64,000 nt of DNA, from positions 21,044-85,043 of IMG/VR virus record IMGVR_UViG_3300028591_000158. One strand, given 5' to 3'. This document shows positions 1-12,732 of the stretch, in pieces. Within the stretch, counting starts at the first letter, position 1. Each line of letters opens with the position of its first letter. Source of the stretch: a virus. Its lineage: Duplodnaviria > Caudoviricetes. The position numbers and the translations under genes were made by a program. Under the pieces are notes generated by a model. The model did not search any database and was not told the DNA's origin. It was given only the letters and a program-made list of their open reading frames with translations.

Positions 1-1
1 T

Positions 2-484
2 ATTATTAATTGGCAGTATATATTAAGAGAATCTACTGAAGATGAAGTTGAAATGGCTTTTGCTAAAGCGAAAGAATTAGAAGTAGATAATTTATTTTTT
101 AAATTAACTTGGGAAAAAAGTTATGTTCCAAAAGATCCTGAAAGATTAAAAGATTTAACTGGACTTCAGGCTCTTACAAGAAATGAATTTAAAGAAAAAA
201 CAGGTAAACTATATAAGATGGAAAGATGCAAACAATTATTTGACTGCCCGACAATAAATTGGAATGGTGAATTGTTAGGCTGTTGCTCCAACAAGCACAC
301 ATTTGGAGTTAATGTTTTTGAAGTTGGTTTAGAAAATGCTTTAAATTTTTCAACATTTATGGATTCAAAAAATTGAGTTTTAAATATGTCTACTGATTTA
401 GATAATAATAATCCTTGTGCAAATTGTAAGCAGTATAAAAAAATAAAAGATTTTTTACAACCTAACACTATTATCAAAAAATAA
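2..484 (+). CDS. Radical SAM/SPASM protein, C-terminal part (5' end outside window)
   Basis: Reads through TGA at 374-376 to TAA 482-484. Clear paralog of 8719-9687 (WQYI.RESTE, CKQLFDCPTINWNGELLGCC, C-terminal CANC). Confidence 0.85.
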
Positions 485-494
485 GGAGTAAAAT

Positions 495-1628
495 ATGCAA
501 ATTGATTATGATAAACTTAATAAAGTTAATAATCAAAGCAATAGAAAAATAAGATTCATTACCATATTTTCATTAGATCTAGAAGATCATTTTTCACAAC
601 CTTTACATCAAATGTGTCTTGATAGTTGATATGAATGAAAAAATAATAATAAACAAATAAAAAATATTATTATTTTTAATGAAGATAGTCAAGAATATAA
701 AGATTTTTTAACTATATTTTTAAGTAACCCTTATAATAGAACTAACACAATACCGCGTAGATTGGCAAATGGGTTTAGAATGTACATTTTATCTAAATAT
801 AAAAATTATCTATGATTAGATAGTGATATGTATATAAACGACGTTAATTTTGAATGAAAAGCTGACATGTTATTTAGTGGTATATCTTGAAATATAGCTT
901 TTAATGGTGATCAATTAGACTTTTTCAAGGATATTTTTAATTTATTTTTAACTGAAAATTTAGGAACTTTAATTGATTGAGAAATTAGTTTAAAATACAA
1001 TTTACCATTTATATCATTTAATAAATTATTACACAATAATTGTTTTACTCATCTTTCCAAGTTTGATTTAGGACGTAGATGTTTTAGTATAAGTTATAAT
1101 GAAAATAATTCTAAAGAGATTATAAAATGTTATAATAATATAAAAAAAGCAGAAAATGAATACTATGAACATTTTAATTCTGATAAATCATGATACTTTA
1201 AATTTATTTATTATAAAATGCGTAACTTAATTAAACATATAAGTTTTATAACATCGGTTGTCCTAGAAAATTATGATAATTTTTATTTACGTTATATGCC
1301 AGATGACTTAAAAAACAAACTAAGGTTATTACAAATAAAATATCCTGATAAATACCAATATAAATTAGAATATTTAAATTCAGAATTATCCTGAATAAAT
1401 AGAAACATTAATACTATTAATTTTTTAGGTAATATGCTAGATAATAGGCAAGATATGTCTGATGATAGTATTATTTATAATTTTTTAAAATACATTAATT
1501 CACCATTAGCAAATCTCTTAGAAAATAAATATATTACAATTTCTGAAACAAAATATATTTTAAATGTGGGAGAGCTTACAGGTGAAGAATTAATAACAAA
1601 ACTTACTATATTTTTTATAGATAATTAA
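495..1628 (+). CDS. GT-A fold glycosyltransferase, GT32/OCH1-like
   Basis: RBS AAGGAG, ATG 495, open to TAA 1628 with 8 in-frame TGA. RMYILSKYKNYLWLDSDM resembles the GT32 R..ILY..GG.YLD.D motif. Confidence 0.65.
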
Positions 1629-1647
1629 AAAGAAAGGAGATTTAAAC

Positions 1648-2688
1648 ATGAAATTAACATACATATTGCCTACATGTGAACCTGATTCAATGTTTAAATT
1701 CCTTTTACCGACTATTTACTTACTAAAACCAATAAAACACTTATTAGAATTTAATATATGTTTTCAACCGCCCTATACTAAAAATGATATTAAAAAAGTA
1801 TTAGATGAATTTAAAAAATGTCACATAAAAGTTAATTATATGTTTAAAGATTATAAAGTTGTAAAACCTTATACTCCTTTAATTAAAATGAGAAATGATT
1901 GTGCTATGATGAGCCCTAATTCAGATATATATGGATTAATTGATGATGATATGTCTTTTGAAGACAAATCTATTTGTGGTTATATAAGAGATATGATTAA
2001 TAGATTTGAAACTGAGTCTAGCTTAGCAGCTATATCTTTTTATAATCAACCTGAAATGAATTATAGAGAAAATTTTTATTCAACTAATGCAGGTTTATTT
2101 TATAGGGGCGGTAAATACTATGGTTTTAAAGGCTTACTGCCAAAATATATAACTGAATTTAATAAAAAAGTTAATTTAAAAGTTCCTTATAATAATGAAA
2201 ACTTATTACGGTTGTTTGGCGGGCATCAAGATAAATTTTGTGCTATGACCAGACTTGCAACAGGTGATTATGGAGATTGTATAATTAATGTACCAGTAAA
2301 TCACTTAGAAAATAGAATTGCTCGTGGCGATAAAGCACATGGCTGAAAAGATGCTGAAATTTTAGAAGGATCAATAGCAAGCTTTATTGTAAAATATTTT
2401 AATAGTAGATTTATGGAAACACATGCTTTAACTTTATTTGATAAAGAAGAAGATGAATTAATTTATCCTTATAAATATGAAAATCATATTTTAAAAGAAG
2501 AGTATGATTTATATGATGATAGGGGTATTATTAAAGATTGGTTTAGCTCATTTAATATTAATTGAAAAGATAAAAGATTTATTAATAAATATAATTATTT
2601 AGAAAATATTGGTTTATTAGTTGAGCTACCAAAAGATCTTCAAGAGTTATTAGCTAATAAAGTAAATGAAATTTATAGTAAAGAGTAG
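1648..2688 (+). CDS. GT2-like glycosyltransferase
   Basis: N-terminal LTYILPT strand and GLIDDDM DxD motif. Reads through 2 TGA to TAG 2686-2688. Confidence 0.65.
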
Positions 2689-2696
2689 GAGTTATT

Positions 2697-3899
2697 ATGA
2701 TTGTAAATAGAGAGTATGATATATTTCTAATAACTAAAGATAACTGAAGAGAGCAAGAAAATTTATTTTTTGGATATAAGACAGTTGATAATGAAGGTAT
2801 GTGATTAGATGTTAAAAATATAAAAAATAAATTAATTATTACTGGAAGTTATATTCAACCTGCTATTGCTATCTATAATCAAAATAATTTCTGAGCAATT
2901 TCAAATAGTTGTAAGGTATTGGTAGATTATTTAACTGAAAATAATTACACTTTAACTAATAATGATGAATATATAGAACAAGATTTAGGCTTAGATGGAT
3001 ATGCTTTTAATTATCCTGAAATAAGTACTAAATGAAAAGAAATAAATTTAAATCCTAATTTTTCTCATATAGAAATCAGTAATGATAGTTTATATGTAAT
3101 AGAAGAAAAAGATAAAGAAAATTTATTGTTTAGCAAAGATTTAAAAGATGGCAAAGAAATAATAGATGAATGATTTAAAAAGTATTATTTTTATATATTT
3201 AAGGAATCAAGTAAAGATAATACTTATATAACTGCCTCAGTTTCTGGAGGCTTAGATAGTAGATTCTTAATTAATTTTTGAAAGAATGCTAAGATAAATA
3301 AAATTGTTTCTAAATGAGCTAAAAATGATACTGAGACAGGAAATCGAAGATATATTGACGGTCTAATTGCTAGGCTAGTAATATCAACTTATACTTCACA
3401 TAAAAGTAAAATAAATGCTAAACTTAGAACTGTTAATTTAGGAAAAACTACTATTCCAGAAATAGAGGATGAATTATTTTGGTATGGTATTGCTTATAAA
3501 CCTAATGAACAAATAACCATCAAGAAGGTAGATAAAAATTCAAATATAAAAACAACAATTTTGAGCCTTTCGGGTGTTGGCACTGAATGATTAAAAGCTG
3601 GTGCGGGTTGTAAAGATCCTAATTTTATTCTAGGTACAGCTAGAAGATTTTTTATTTCAAAATTTATTAAGGGATATTATTTAGGTAAATTGGCAACAAT
3701 ATTGCCTTACTTGGATTCAAGTTTATTACAACTAAGAGGTGTTGAAGATAATAGTTTTCTTTACTTATTATATTTGTTATATAGCCCAGAAATGTTAGAA
3801 ATTCCATTCTATAATAATACTCAAATATATGTGCCAATAGAAGCAGAATTGGAAAAAGCAAGGCTAATTTTAAGGGAGTGGAATAATGAAGGTATATAA
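2697..3899 (+). CDS. Asparagine-synthetase-like ATP pyrophosphatase, paralog 1
   Basis: SVSGGLDSR PP-loop. 8 in-frame TGA. N-terminal DIF..FFGYKTV..EG.WL motif shared with 3886 and 12722. Confidence 0.7.
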
Positions 3900-5034
3900 T
3901 GATATATTTTTTGTAATAGATACTAATAATTATAATGAAAATAAAAAAGATCTATTCTTTGGATATAAAACAGTAGAAAATGAAGGATTTTGATTGGCTG
4001 TAAAACATAGGCTAAGCAAAATTCATATTTATACTAGTTATATTTCACCAGTTATAATAATATATAAGAAAGATGATTATTGGGCTATAAGTAATAGTTG
4101 TTATTATTTAAATGAATTTTTAAAAGAAAAAGGAATTATTTTAGAAATTAATGAAAAATTTTTAGATTTAGAATCTAAGAAAAAAACTTCATTCAGCTAT
4201 GAATACTATAATGACATTTTATTATATAAAGATTTATTTATAAATAATAATGATGAAGAGATTGATATTATAAATGGTAAATTAACTTTAACAAAAAAAG
4301 ATTTTAAATTATTTGAAAAAGATATTAATTTAAACTTAGATATATTAAATAAGTGGTATGAAAAATATTACAATTATTTATTAAATAAAGATAATGTTAC
4401 TTTATCATTATCTGGCGGTTTAGGCAGTAGATTTTTATGGTATAATTTTTTAAGACAAAATAATAGCTGCAAATTATATTGCTATAATAATAAATCAAAT
4501 GTAACAGATTATTTAGACGGAAAATTAGCTAAGGAATTGATTAAGAAATATACTGATAAAAATTTACTAACTGTAGATAAAGAGCCTAACAGAAATGTAA
4601 AAACATTAGATTGTATAAATAACTTAGATATGAAAGAATTGAATCAATTTATTCTTGGTATCTCTTATAATCCAATGCTTTTAGTTAAGACTGAATGACT
4701 AAGAGTTGTAGGTACAGGTTCAAATATATTTAGGTATGAATTTCAAGACTTAAATTTTTTAAATGGAAATATCAGAAGAAACTGAGTAGCTTCATTTATT
4801 GCAAAACATTATTTAATTAATTGTGATCATATTACTCCATATATGGATTCTCTGCTATTACAATTAGATACAAAAGAACCTGACTATTTACATGTTATTT
4901 TATATTCATTATTTGCTAAAAGCTTATTAACTGATAATATACCATTTATTACTAAAAACAAAGTAGGTGAATATAAATTTCAAGAGTTTAGAAAAGAATT
5001 ATTTGAAAGATTTTCAAAAATAACTAATTTTTAA
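3886..5034 (+). CDS. Asparagine-synthetase-like protein, paralog 2 (PP-loop SGGLGSR)
   Basis: Joins track ORFs 3994-4698 and 4843-5034 in one frame through TGA. Paralogous motifs along the full length. Confidence 0.7.
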
Positions 5035-5044
5035 GAGGTAATTT

Positions 5045-6064
5045 ATGGCAATAGAATTTTATAAAATGAATAACATACTTTCAATTGAGCCTACTAAAGA
5101 TTATTTTATGATATGCTGACATATGACAGGCTGATGTAACTATCATTGCCATTATTGCATTGCAGAGCATTTGAGAACTAAGTGAATTGATGAAAATGTT
5201 ATAATAAAAAGAGCAATTAATTTAAATAATTTTATAAATAAAAATATTGATAAAAATAGAAAAATTGTTTATAAGCTATCTGGGGGGGAAGTTACATATT
5301 ATAACCTTCCTAAAATATTAGATAATATTCAAAGATTAGATAAAGTTATTGTTGCAACCAACTTATCTCAAAAGCTAGATTATTATTATGAGTTAGAAGA
5401 TTATTGTTTTAAAAGAAATATTCAATTAGTTTTATTATGTAGTTGGCATGATGAAAATAAAAATTTTGAAAATAAATTTATTGAATTAACAAATTGATGT
5501 CGAAGTAAGCCAAAGCAAAAATTTAATTATAAAGATCCGCAAGCCACAATTGTTGTTACAAAAAATTTTGATAAGACTAAGCTAAATAAGTTATTAGATA
5601 ATAATTTATGAAGGATAAGGCTAACTAGAGAACGTGATGCAAATCAAAAAAATGTTAGCTTAAGTAATGAAATGCTAGACTATGTATATGAGTATAATAG
5701 ATTGTATGATAGTAAAGCTATAACAAATGAAAAAAGCTTTTGTTACAAAGTTACTTATTCAAATGGAGAGCAAAAGTTTGCTTGCGCCTCCAATTTAACA
5801 AATTTTTTAGATTCCTCTGGTTTTATTCCAGATGGGTACTATTGCACGGCAGGTATTGACTCTATTGCAGTTCTTCCAAATGGAAATATTTCATTAGCAA
5901 GATGTGATTATTTAATTAATAATATCTTAGGGTCTATTGATAACTATGAAAATATTCAACTCCCAAAAGATGGCATAATATGTCACCTAAATGGTAACAG
6001 TTCTGAAAAAAATAAAAGATGTGATTTATGTGCAGGTACTAGACTATTCAAAAATAGGAGTTAA
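5045..6064 (+). CDS. Radical SAM protein with C-terminal Cys cluster (subfamily A)
   Basis: CNYHCHYC motif, LSGGEVTYY, C-terminal YC.AG and CxLC. TGA read as Trp. Confidence 0.9.
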
Positions 6065-6070
6065 ACTTTT

Positions 6071-7090
6071 ATGAGACTATATAAGAATAATGACATATTA
6101 GAAATAACTAATAAGACTAATTTTTTTAATATAACTTGGTATATAACAGGGTGGTGTAATTATCACTGTCCTTATTGTATAAATAGTAATATGAAATGTA
6201 GTTGAATAAGTGAAGAAATTATTCTTAATAGAGCCGAGAAATTAAATAACTTAATTAACGCCTTAAATATAGATAAACCAATATCTTTAAAATTACTTGG
6301 GGGTGAGGTAACCTACTATGATTTAATTGCAGTCTTAGATAAGATTAAAAAGCTTGCAAAAATTATATTAATAACTAATTTATCTCAGCCAATTAGTTAC
6401 TTTATTAATCTTGCTAGATACTTAGACTCAAGAGAAATAAAATTTATTTTAATTTGTAGTAAACATGAAGAAAATAATGAGTTTGATTCTAAATTTATAG
6501 CTTTAAATGATGAGCTAAAAAAGTTAAGAAAAGAAACAAACAGGAAATTTGCTTATTTTGAACCTCAGCTAAATATAGTGGTTGATAATAATTTTAATTG
6601 GAAGAGTCTCAGACTTTTTGAAGATGCTGGAATTAAAAAGATAAATCCTACTGTTATGAGAGATTTAAATGAAAAAAATTTAGATGTAACTATGGATACT
6701 TTACAGCATATAGACTATTATAAGCAAATACAGCTTGATTATTTTAAGCATAGTAAAGATACTAGTAAAGGTAATAAAGAGATAAATTATTCCTTTGATG
6801 TTAAGTTTAATACTAATACAGAAGAATTTACTTCATTACTTAATTTAACTAATTTTATTGATGCTAATGGATTTATTGGTACTGGCTATAATTGCTCATG
6901 TGGTATTAATACTCTTGCCATTTTACCAAATGGTAATATAGTAAAATCTAACTGTTTATATTTAGCTGATAAACCACTTGGAAATATCGATGATAATATT
7001 GACATAAAGCTAGATAATGAATTAGTTAAATGTAAACTTAAGCCAGAGCAGCGCTGTATCCTAGTAAGTGGAGCAAATATCTGTAAATAG
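6071..7090 (+). CDS. Radical SAM protein (subfamily A)
   Basis: WYITGWCNYHCPYC, LLGGEVTYY, YNCSCG and C-terminal Cys. Confidence 0.9.
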
Positions 7091-7108
7091 CTATGAAAGG
7101 ATTTTGAT

Positions 7109-8695
7109 ATGAAGATATTATGTTATAATATATCGCATGAATCAGCTTGAATGTATCATGATACAGAAACAAAAGAATTATATTTTTTTAGTGCTGAACG
7201 TGAATATAATACAAAAGATGCAACTATAAGAGAAACAGACCCAATTAAAATCGCAGAAATGAAATTTGGTTTTGATAAGAAAAATCCAGAGCACATTTTA
7301 GTTGGTTGAGTTAATTATTGAGGAACTTTCGTCGATAAAGAAAAGGCAAATATTCCTGAAACAAAATTATATAAAAAAATCAAAGATAATGTATTTGTTA
7401 TAGATCATCATTTTGCGCATATCTTATCAAGCGTTGCTTTTAATAACTCTTTAAATCAAGGTATTGCAATAGACGGTCAAGGTGATCATAAACATACTGG
7501 GTTAGTTGTCAAGAATATTCACGATTTAAACAATTTACAATTTAATTATCTTCCTAATGACCCTCCAATAGGAAAATTATTTAATATATTCTCAGCTGAT
7601 TTAATTAAAAGTAAATATATGACTACAACTGATGAATTAACTGATCGACATCGAGCTGTTGGAAAAATTATGGGATTACAAGCTTATGGAAAAATAAATC
7701 AAAGTATTTATAATAAATTAGAAAGTTTTGAATTTAGTCTAAATAATTTAAATCAATTTAAAAATTATTTTAGTGAGATATTTTCTAATATAAATGTTTA
7801 TGATGAAAATCAAAATTTTGATGCTGTAACTACCTTATATCAATTTTTAACAAATAAAATTGTTGAAATTTTTAATAATAATTTTAAAGCTGGTGATAAT
7901 ATTGCTTATTCTGGTGGTTGTGCATTAAGTACAGTGGCTAATGATAAACTAATAAAAAATGGATATAATCTAACTATATGTCCTGCAGCTGGAGATATGG
8001 GATTATGTATTGGTATGTTAAAATTTATAGATTTATATTATAATTTAAATATAGATTTTTCAAATTTAAAATATGCATATTATAATGATGAACCAAATAT
8101 TATAATACCAGAAAAAAATATTAAATTTGCAGCTAAATTATTACAACAGAATGAGATAATAGCATTTGTTAATGGGGCTGCTGAAGTAGGTCCTAGAGCA
8201 TTAGGTCATAGATCTATATTAATGAATCCTTCTATTGAAAATGGCAAAGATTTTATTAATGAAAGAGTTAAACATAGAGAATGATGAAGACCATTCGGTG
8301 GATCAACAATTGATACTAAAATTATTAAGAATTACATTCCATCGAATTTAGATTTCTTTATGTTAAGAAATTATGAGATAAAGGACGAATGACAAACTAA
8401 ATTAAAGAGCATTTGTCACAAAGATAATTCATGTAGATTACAGATAATTGAAGATAAGTTAGAACCTTTATACCAAGTAATAAATGAATTTAACAACTTA
8501 ACAGGTGTTCCTGTTGTATTAAATACATCATTTAATATTGCTGGCAGACCAATTCCTAATTATAAAAAACATATTATGGAAACATTTAAGGCATTAGATG
8601 GAATAAAATATCTTTTTTATAATGATAAAATATATAAGAAAGAAAATATTTCTAAATATGGCGGAGTAATAGATATTGTTGAAGTACAATTATAA
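7109..8695 (+). CDS. NodU/CmcH/TobZ-family carbamoyltransferase
   Basis: SHES, ER, DHHFAH, IDGQGD, GKIMGLQAYG, SGGCALS, PAAGDMG, EVGPRALGHRSIL, HREWWRPFG (both W are TGA), LNTSFNIAG. Confidence 0.93.
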
Positions 8696-8718
8696 GTAAA
8701 TTGAGGCAGTGCATTATT

Positions 8719-9687
8719 ATGAAATATATGATTAGATTAGACATATGTACACTATGTACTTTAAATTGTGTAGCATGTCCTATTAGAAAAATAAACTATG
8801 GTAAATTAAAAGCTGGATATGTTAAATTTGAAATATTTAAAAAATTTATTGATGAAAATTTAGAATTAATACGAAAGATTGAAATATCAAGTGCTGGAGA
8901 ACCTTTATTAAATCCGGACTTGATTAAAATTTTAAAATATGCTTATGAAAATAATATTGTAATTACTTGTAGAAATGGAACTAATTTTAATTCATTAGAT
9001 GATGCCAAAATTAAGGCTTTAGTTGACTATAAGGTAGAGGATATTGTATTCGCGTGTGATGGGGCAACACAGGAAACATATCAAAAATATCGAAGAAATG
9101 GTGATATTAATAAGGTATTTGATTCAGTTAGAAAAATACAAGAATATAAGAAAAAAATTAATTCAGAATATCCTAGATTAATTTGACAATACATTATTAG
9201 AGAATCAACTGAAAGTAAAGAAGAAATTGAGTTGGCTAAAAAGTTAGCAAAGGAATTTAATGTTGAACTTAAATTCAAACTTACACACGAAATTAATTAC
9301 ACACCAAAAAATTCGCAAGAATTGAAGGAAATAACTGGATTAAAATATGTTACTAGAAAAGAAGCAGCTGATAATGGAGAATATTATTTAACAGCTTCAA
9401 AATGTAGACAATTATGGAATTCACCAGCTATAAATTGAAATGGAGATTTATTGGGATGCTGCTGAAATTGAGAACCATTTAATATAAATGTATTTGAAGT
9501 TGGATTAGCAGAGGCTCTAAAAAATAAAGAATACTGTAAAGCAAAAATGTATCTGAGCGATAAAATTGAAAATGATAAATCTATACCATGCATGAATTGT
9601 GAGTTTGGAGAAATTGTTCATAATAATCATTTAATTGATGATTGTTGAATTAAAACTCATGATCCACATTATAATAAGGAAAATTAA
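8719..9687 (+). CDS. Radical SAM/SPASM protein (subfamily B)
   Basis: CTLNCVACP, GEPLLNP, ACDG.TQETYQKYR.NG, SPASM-type CRQLW..P.INWNG.LLGCC. Stop TAA 9685-9687. Confidence 0.9.
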
Positions 9688-9690
9688 ATT

Positions 9691-10482
9691 ATGAAAAAAG
9701 ATATTAATAGATTGATTATAAATGAAACAGAAAATAAACCAATTTTAAATTATATAGAAACAAATATTGTTATGCATTGTAATTTAAATTGCAGAGGTTG
9801 TAATCATTTTGCTCCGTTATATTCTGAAAATGAAGATATGATTGATTTTGATAGATGAACCAAAGCTGTTGATCGAATAGCTGAAATGTTTGAAATTAAA
9901 AAATTTGGTATTTTAGGTGGTGAACCTTTACTTCATCCAAGATGACTAGATTTTTTAAGATATTTGCGAAATAAACTACCTAATGCTTTATTAACATTTA
10001 GAACAAATGGTATTTTAAGCAATCTATTAGTAGCAAATAAAAAAGAACTAGAAGACTTAAAAGTAGAATTAGTTATAAGTGATTACAACTTAAGCTTAAA
10101 TATTGACAAATCACTTTTTAATAGAACATTCGACAGAATAAAAACAAAATTTGAACACCCTTCTATAGATTCTGAAGGAAATCAAAGTAAAACAGACAGT
10201 TGATTACAGTGTAGAAATAAGCATTGTTTAGCTTTAACTGAAGATTATATCTATTGTTGTAATTATGGTCTGTCTTTTAACAAATTAAATGAATATTTTG
10301 ATTTAAAAATAGATATAAATGATGATGTAAAAATTAATATATTTAATTCAAGTGCAAATGATATAATTAAATGAACAAGACACGCTAAAGATTGTTGTAA
10401 ATATTGTAATTTAAATAATAGAAAATATGATCAAGAATGAGGATTAAGTAAAAAAGAAAAATCTGAATGAATTATTAATTAG
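9691..10482 (+). CDS. Radical SAM protein (subfamily C)
   Basis: HCNLNCRGCNHF, ILGGEPLLHP, TNG, C-terminal CCKYC. Stop TAG 10480-10482. Confidence 0.9.
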
Positions 10483-10492
10483 AGGTAATATT

Positions 10493-11521
10493 ATGTTTAA
10501 AAGTTCTGATATAGTTGCTATAATTAAAGATCAAAATAACGCAATGTTTGATTTAAGCTGAAAATTAACTTCGTGGTGTAATTATAACTGCTCTTATTGT
10601 AGTCAAGAAACAAGACAAAAAAAATTTAATTCACAGCCTATATTAGAAGCACGGGCAAAGAATATAGATAAAATTATTAATCAGTTATCAAACAAAAAAG
10701 CAATTCAATTATCTTTAATTGGTGGAGAGATTACTTATTATAATTTAATAGATATTTTAAAAAATATAAATTTATCTAAAATTTTTAAAATAAGACTTAC
10801 TACTAATTTCAGCCAAGATAACAATTATTTTATAGAACTTTTAGATTTTTTATATAAACAGAATAATAATTTAAAAATTACTCTCACTTTATCATTTCAT
10901 GATGAATATATACCATTATCATCATTTTTAAATAAAGTTGTTAAACTTCATGAAAGTATACAGACTAAATATAATAATAAATCTAAAGTTAAACTCAATG
11001 TATCATTAGTAATAAATAACGAGTTAGACTGTACTTTATTAAAACAATTTATTACTAATTATCCTAAATTAACTATTTGTCCTAACATACAACGTGATAT
11101 AAATGGAAAGATTGTTGATCTAGATAAAGAGCATATGGAATTTAAAACTAACTTAACCACTAAAGAAAATTTTAAAACTAATAAAATACTACTAATATTA
11201 AAATCAAATAAACATATTTATTTTTCTGATACTAGTACTATTCTTAATAATATAGATGAAAAAGTGTTTATATCAAAAGGCTACTTATGTAGTGCTGGTT
11301 TAAATAATCTTAGAATTGATGAAAATGGTAACATTCGAAGAGGACAGTGTCCATTAGAATTAAGCAAAAATATAGTAGGAAATATAGATAATGATAAAAA
11401 TATTATATTACCAACTGAACCAATTAAATGTTCTTTCGAAAATAGTAGCATTAAATCAGGATGTATTCTATGCCCTTGGGTAAATATTAAAATTGATACT
11501 GAGGAAGGCATAAAACCATAA
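10493..11521 (+). CDS. Radical SAM protein (subfamily A)
   Basis: WKLTSWCNYNCSYC, LIGGEITYY, YLCSAG, CILC. Confidence 0.9.
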
Positions 11522-11635
11522 TGAAAAAAAAATAAAAGAAATTAAAAATAAATTAATAGTTAAGTGTCAGTAAGATAGCTGTCCTTTTTGTGGTATAATC
11601 CATATCTGAAAATAGAAATGGGGTTGTAAAATAAA

Positions 11636-12649
11636 GTGTATAAACAAGATGACATTAAATCTATAAATTTAATAAATAATGATTTTTTTGTAATTAAATG
11701 ATTTGTAACAAATTGGTGTAATTACAGTTGTTCATATTGTATTCAAAATCCCAGAGATAAAGCCGGCTGAATTTCAGAAAATAAAGTAATAGAAATTGCT
11801 AAAAAGTTAAATGAAGCCCTTTATAACTCTAATATTACAAAAAGAATTTCTTTACAAATATTAGGTGGAGAAGTAACATTTTATAATTGATCAAAAATAT
11901 TACCTTATATAGAAAATGTTGGTAAAGTATTTATAACTACCAACTTTTCAAATACTTTAGAATATTATAAAGGTTTATATACTTATTGTTATTCTAATAA
12001 TATTGTCTTAAAATTATTATGTAGCTATCATGAAACAGGAGATGAGTTTTTTACTAAATTTATAGAATTAAAACATTGGTGTGCAGATAATAAATATCAC
12101 CTTCCTAATCTATCTTTTGTAGTGGGAAATGATTTTGATTTTACTATATTTGATAGATTTCCTGAGATAGCAAATAAAAGAGCTAGTATGTGCCCCTTAG
12201 TTCTCCCCGATCAAAGTACAGTAAAATTAAATGAAGGGGTAATAACTAAAATCAAAGAGATTAAAAGTAGAAAAGCAAATAATAGTAAACAAGAATTAAA
12301 AACTAGAGCTGAAAAATTTATTTTTAAAATTAATGATGACTTTATTGTTTGTAGTGCTCCAGAATTATTTGTAAATTTAGAAAAGGGTTATTTAGATATT
12401 AAAAAAGTATATTGTGATGCAGGCATTAATTCTATTAGTATTGATCCTGATGGTAGTATTACACGATGTGGTAATAATTCGCAATTACTTGGTAATTTAT
12501 TAACAATGGAGAATCCTAAGTTTAATTTAAAATCAAGTATCTGCGAAGATAAACAATGTAGATTGTGCCAACCTGTAAATATATGTAGAGTCATTGATTC
12601 AACCGATGATCCATTTATAAGGAGGGATAGGACATGCCCAAAGAAGTAA
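11636..12649 (+). CDS. Radical SAM protein (subfamily A)
   Basis: GTG start after GGGGT. WFVTNWCNYSCSYC, ILGGEVTFY, YCDAG, CRLC. Confidence 0.88.
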
Positions 12650-12732
12650 TTACAATAAAAGCTAATCCTGGTAATGATAAATCTTTTAAAGATAATCATA
12701 TAGAAAGAGAGAAAGATACTAATGAATTATAA
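12634..12732 (+). CDS. 32-aa small ORF (MPKEVITIKANPGNDKSFKDNHIEREKDTNEL)
   Basis: Strong RBS GGAGGGA. Overlaps the upstream stop and the downstream start, as expected for translational coupling. Confidence 0.5.
   Translation: MPKEVITIKANPGNDKSFKDNHIEREKDTNEL

Noticed and set aside
8121-8129. GCTAAATTA copy inside the carbamoyltransferase gene
   Set aside because: Coding context (A-K-L), expected by chance in AT-rich DNA. Not counted as a promoter.
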